From assembly GCA_036339465.1 (NCBI GenBank), contig JAYZAY010000028.1, positions 1-49,114 of the forward strand: a stretch of DNA of 49,114 nucleotides, given 5' to 3'. The position numbers were made by a program, and so were the translations under genes. Of the stretch, positions 46,161 to 49,114 are shown piece by piece (within the stretch, counting starts at the first letter, position 1; each line of letters opens with the position of its first letter). Origin of the DNA: Myxococcota bacterium. GTDB taxonomy: Bacteria > Myxococcota > XYA12-FULL-58-9 > JABJBS01. Below the pieces are notes generated by a model. That model saw only the letters and a program-made list of their open reading frames with translations, was not told where the DNA came from and ran no database searches.

Positions 46161-47561
46161 ATGTCCAGTGAAACGTTTATCAAAGAGCTGACACATTGTT
46201 TGGATGGCGATCGAGTCTGTGTCGATGCGGAATCTCGGGCAATCTACGGTAAAGATTGGACGCAGCTCTATGGGCCGAATCCAAGTGTGGTGGTGTTCCC
46301 AAAAACGACCGAAGAAGTACAGGCTTGCGTTAAAATTTGCGGGAAGTACCAAGTTCCCATCGTTGCGTCTGGTGGTCGGACGGGGTTGGCCGGTGGTGCA
46401 GTGGCCACCAACGGGGAATTGGTACTTAGTTTTGAGAAAATGAATAAAATTGGTGAGGTCTCAAGCTTGTCTCGAACCGTGCGGGTACAGGCGGGGGCGA
46501 TCACGGCAGAAGTCCACGCGAGATGTGCGGACAAGGGGTTGACTTGGCCCGTAGATTTTGCGGCTTCGGGTTCGAGCCAGATCGGTGGGAATATTTCAAC
46601 CAATGCAGGCGGCATCCGGGTGATCCGATATGGCTTAACGCGGCAATGGGTGCTTGGGTTGGAGGTTGTTTTAGCGGATGGGCAGGTTTTGGAGCTCAAT
46701 GGTGAGCTTGAAAAAAATAACACGGGCCCCGACTTAAAAAATTTGTTCATCGGCGGTGAAGGTATTTTTGGGCTCATTACCGAAGCAACCTTGAAGTTGG
46801 TGGGGGGCCCTCGGGGTATTGCGACGGCGGTGGTTGCGATTCGCGATTTGGCCCATGGGCTTGAGGTATTTCGTTGTGCCCGTGAAACACAATCTCTGAC
46901 GCTCCAAGCCTTTGAGTATATGACGCAATCCTGTGTGGCGCTGGTCAGTCGCCACAGGCATTTACCGGGTCTACTTGGGGGACGACATCCCGCATTTTTG
47001 TTGATCGAAGTTGAAGGGCAATCAGAGAGTGATGCGATGGCGAGTCTTGAAGGGTGGCTCATGGAGGGCCTCGAATCAGGCCTGATTGAGGACGGCGTTG
47101 TGGCTCAGAGTAAACGGGAGGCTCAGGAACTCTGGGTTTACCGCGAAGGCATGGGCGAAGCGATGGCGCAAGAGGGACTCCTTTATAAATTCGACGTGTC
47201 GGCTCCAATTCGGGTTTTGGATGCTTTTGAGGAGGAGGCTCAAGCCTTAATCGCGGAGCACCTTCCCGAGTTTAAGTCGTATTTCTTTGGTCATGTGGGG
47301 GATGGCAATTTGCATATTAACCTTTCTAATACCGCCGATGTTTCGCATTCTGAATTTTACGAGCGTTGCCACGGGTTTGAGGGACGTCTCTATGCATTGA
47401 TTCAACGGTTTTCAGGAAGCGTTTCTGCAGAACACGGGATCGGTTTGTTGAAGAAGAAGGCGCTTTCCTATTCAAGGACGGCGGCCGAACTTACGTTGAT
47501 GAAGGGGATAAAGAATGTTTTTGACCCAAATCAACTCATGAATCCAGGTAAAATTTTCTAA
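46161..47561 (+). CDS. FAD-linked oxidoreductase, D-2-hydroxyglutarate dehydrogenase-like (GlcD/VAO family)
   Basis: SGGRTGLAGGA, IGGNISTNAGG, KNNTG.DL, FGHVGDGNLH, SAEHGIGLLK. Directly upstream of serA. Confidence 0.85.
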   Translation: MSSETFIKELTHCLDGDRVCVDAESRAIYGKDWTQLYGPNPSVVVFPKTTEEVQACVKICGKYQVPIVASGGRTGLAGGAVATNGELVLSFEKMNKIGEVSSLSRTVRVQAGAITAEVHARCADKGLTWPVDFAASGSSQIGGNISTNAGGIRVIRYGLTRQWVLGLEVVLADGQVLELNGELEKNNTGPDLKNLFIGGEGIFGLITEATLKLVGGPRGIATAVVAIRDLAHGLEVFRCARETQSLTLQAFEYMTQSCVALVSRHRHLPGLLGGRHPAFLLIEVEGQSESDAMASLEGWLMEGLESGLIEDGVVAQSKREAQELWVYREGMGEAMAQEGLLYKFDVSAPIRVLDAFEEEAQALIAEHLPEFKSYFFGHVGDGNLHINLSNTADVSHSEFYERCHGFEGRLYALIQRFSGSVSAEHGIGLLKKKALSYSRTAAELTLMKGIKNVFDPNQLMNPGKIF

Positions 47562-47572
47562 GTGAGGTCATT

Positions 47573-48799
47573 GTGTACTCGTTTCCGAGGGAAAAGATAA
47601 AAGTAGTTTTGTTGGAAGGAGTTCATCAGACCGCGGTCGATGGCTTCAAGAATGCAGGTTATACTCACGTAGAATACCACAAAAGCGCGTTATCGCCGGC
47701 GGATCTGCGGGCTGTTCTTGAAGATGCCTACATCGTGGGGGTACGTTCCAGAACTCAGCTTACGGCCGAAGTACTCGATACCGCGCCGAAACTGGTGGCT
47801 GTGGGGTGTTTTTGCATTGGGACCAATCAGGTGGATCTTGATCACGCCATGGGGCGAGGTGTGCCGGTCTTTAATGCGCCGCATTCGAACACGCGTAGTG
47901 TGGCGGAGTTGGTGTTGGCCGAGACGATTATGCTTTTAAGGGGTATTTCGGACAAGAATCGTGGGGCGCATGAGGGAGTTTGGCTGAAATCCGCCGCCAA
48001 CAGTTATGAGGTTCGGGGGAAAAGCATCGGTATTGTGGGGTATGGTCACATTGGCTCTCAGGTATCCATCCTCGCCGAGGCTTTTGGCATGCGGGTTTAT
48101 TATTATGATACTGAACCCAAATTGCCCATGGGAAATGCCACGCAGTTACCGAGTTTAGAGGAGCTTTTGGGGTGTTGTGATGTGGTGACTCTTCATGTTC
48201 CGCAGGCTGATGACACCGCGAATCTCATGAGTCATGAAATGATTGCCAAGGTTAAGGATGGTGCCATTGTGCTAAATCTTAGCCGGGGTTCGGTTGTTGA
48301 TTTGGATGCCTTGGCTGAGGCTATCCGGGGGGGGCGCATACGTGGTGCGGCCGTCGATGTTTTTCCCGTGGAGCCAAAGTCCAATAAGGATGTTTTTAAG
48401 AGTCCCCTTCAAGGATTGGCCAATGTTATCTTGACACCGCATATTGGAGGCAGCACGCTTGAGGCTCAAAAAAATATAGGTATTGAGGTTTCGCGAAAGT
48501 TGGTTCAGTACAGTGACCACGGGTCTACGATTGGTGCTGTGAATTTTCCTTCTATCTCCTTGGCCAAGCATACTGCAGCACGAAGAATTCTCCACGTACA
48601 CCGGAATCGACCAGGTGTGTTGAGGCAAATCAATAGGACCTTCGCAGACGCCGACGCGAACATCTTAGGGCAGCATCTTCAAACCATGGGCGCACTTGGG
48701 TATGTTGTGACGGATTTCGAAGAAGGCTTAGATGAGGAAAATTTGCTTACCGAGCTTCAAGGTATTGAAGAAACCATCAAGTGCAGAATCCTGTATTGA
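47573..48799 (+). CDS. serA: D-3-phosphoglycerate dehydrogenase (E. coli type, C-terminal ACT domain)
   Basis: GVRSRT, CFCIGTNQVD, GYGHIG, TPHIGGST, HRNRPGVL (ACT). Confidence 0.95.
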   Translation: MYSFPREKIKVVLLEGVHQTAVDGFKNAGYTHVEYHKSALSPADLRAVLEDAYIVGVRSRTQLTAEVLDTAPKLVAVGCFCIGTNQVDLDHAMGRGVPVFNAPHSNTRSVAELVLAETIMLLRGISDKNRGAHEGVWLKSAANSYEVRGKSIGIVGYGHIGSQVSILAEAFGMRVYYYDTEPKLPMGNATQLPSLEELLGCCDVVTLHVPQADDTANLMSHEMIAKVKDGAIVLNLSRGSVVDLDALAEAIRGGRIRGAAVDVFPVEPKSNKDVFKSPLQGLANVILTPHIGGSTLEAQKNIGIEVSRKLVQYSDHGSTIGAVNFPSISLAKHTAARRILHVHRNRPGVLRQINRTFADADANILGQHLQTMGALGYVVTDFEEGLDEENLLTELQGIEETIKCRILY

Positions 48800-48811
48800 T
48801 TTTAGGGGCAT

Positions 48812-49114
48812 CTATTCATTGAATAGGTTGCTCACGAATTTGGAAAGCAGGTCTAAATCCTGATTTGAGAAGTTGGCACGGAGTTCCCCTAGGTCGTTTT
48901 GATTTTCTAGCATGTCTTTCGCAGGTTGGACGAAGGCTGTCATCATCTCCACGAAATGGTTTTCTGTAAATTCGAAGATTTCATCAAGGGGGTCACCCTC
49001 GTCGTTTTTTTGAAGTGGTCCGATATGGACATTGATGAAATCGACCATCCATTGCTTTCGACGGCGGTATTTCTGGAAGGGTGTGCTAAGGCGAACGCTG
49101 ACCCGGATGAGGCT
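48812..49114 (-). CDS. Hypothetical protein, C-terminal part (5'-truncated by window edge)
   Basis: The frame of track ORF 48812..49048 stays open to the window end (SLIRVSVRLSTPFQKYRRRKQWMVDFIN...). Confidence 0.55.
   Translation of the reverse strand, partial: SLIRVSVRLSTPFQKYRRRKQWMVDFINVHIGPLQKNDEGDPLDEIFEFTENHFVEMMTAFVQPAKDMLENQNDLGELRANFSNQDLDLLSKFVSNLFNE

Overview
Bacterial chromosomal segment, probably from an uncultured Myxococcota/deltaproteobacterium (inferred from a MYXO-CTERM-like tail, Cys-rich secreted proteins and a deltaproteobacterial-type small HNH protein). The + strand is visibly G/T-rich. It is mostly housekeeping and accessory metabolism: fabF, miaE, queE, prlC, ppa, an M17 aminopeptidase, asnS, a POT transporter, mrp, tRNA-Arg(TCT), tilS-ftsH-folP, rpmF (missed by the ORF track), dprA, tRNA-Val(TAC), nupC, and a D-2-hydroxyglutarate dehydrogenase-like gene followed by serA. 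I found no integrase, transposase, CRISPR array or rRNA. The most interesting items are: (1) an archaeal-type (class II) GAPDH-like protein; (2) three adjacent alkaline-phosphatase-superfamily enzymes, all with Thr at the nucleophile position and all ending in an LxxL/MGY tail; (3) a CheW-less CheA-like kinase followed by a pseudo-receiver/STAS-like protein with a CheZ-like DxxxQ motif; (4) a cereblon (CULT) domain gene with an intact tri-Trp pocket, in frame with the end of a shattered M61 aminopeptidase pseudogene; (5) a matrixin-type protease translationally coupled to a secreted partner; (6) hidden gene decay: one in-frame amber codon in a TIGR01777 gene and an internally deleted CheC-like remnant. 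All family assignments come from recalled motifs, not from database searches.
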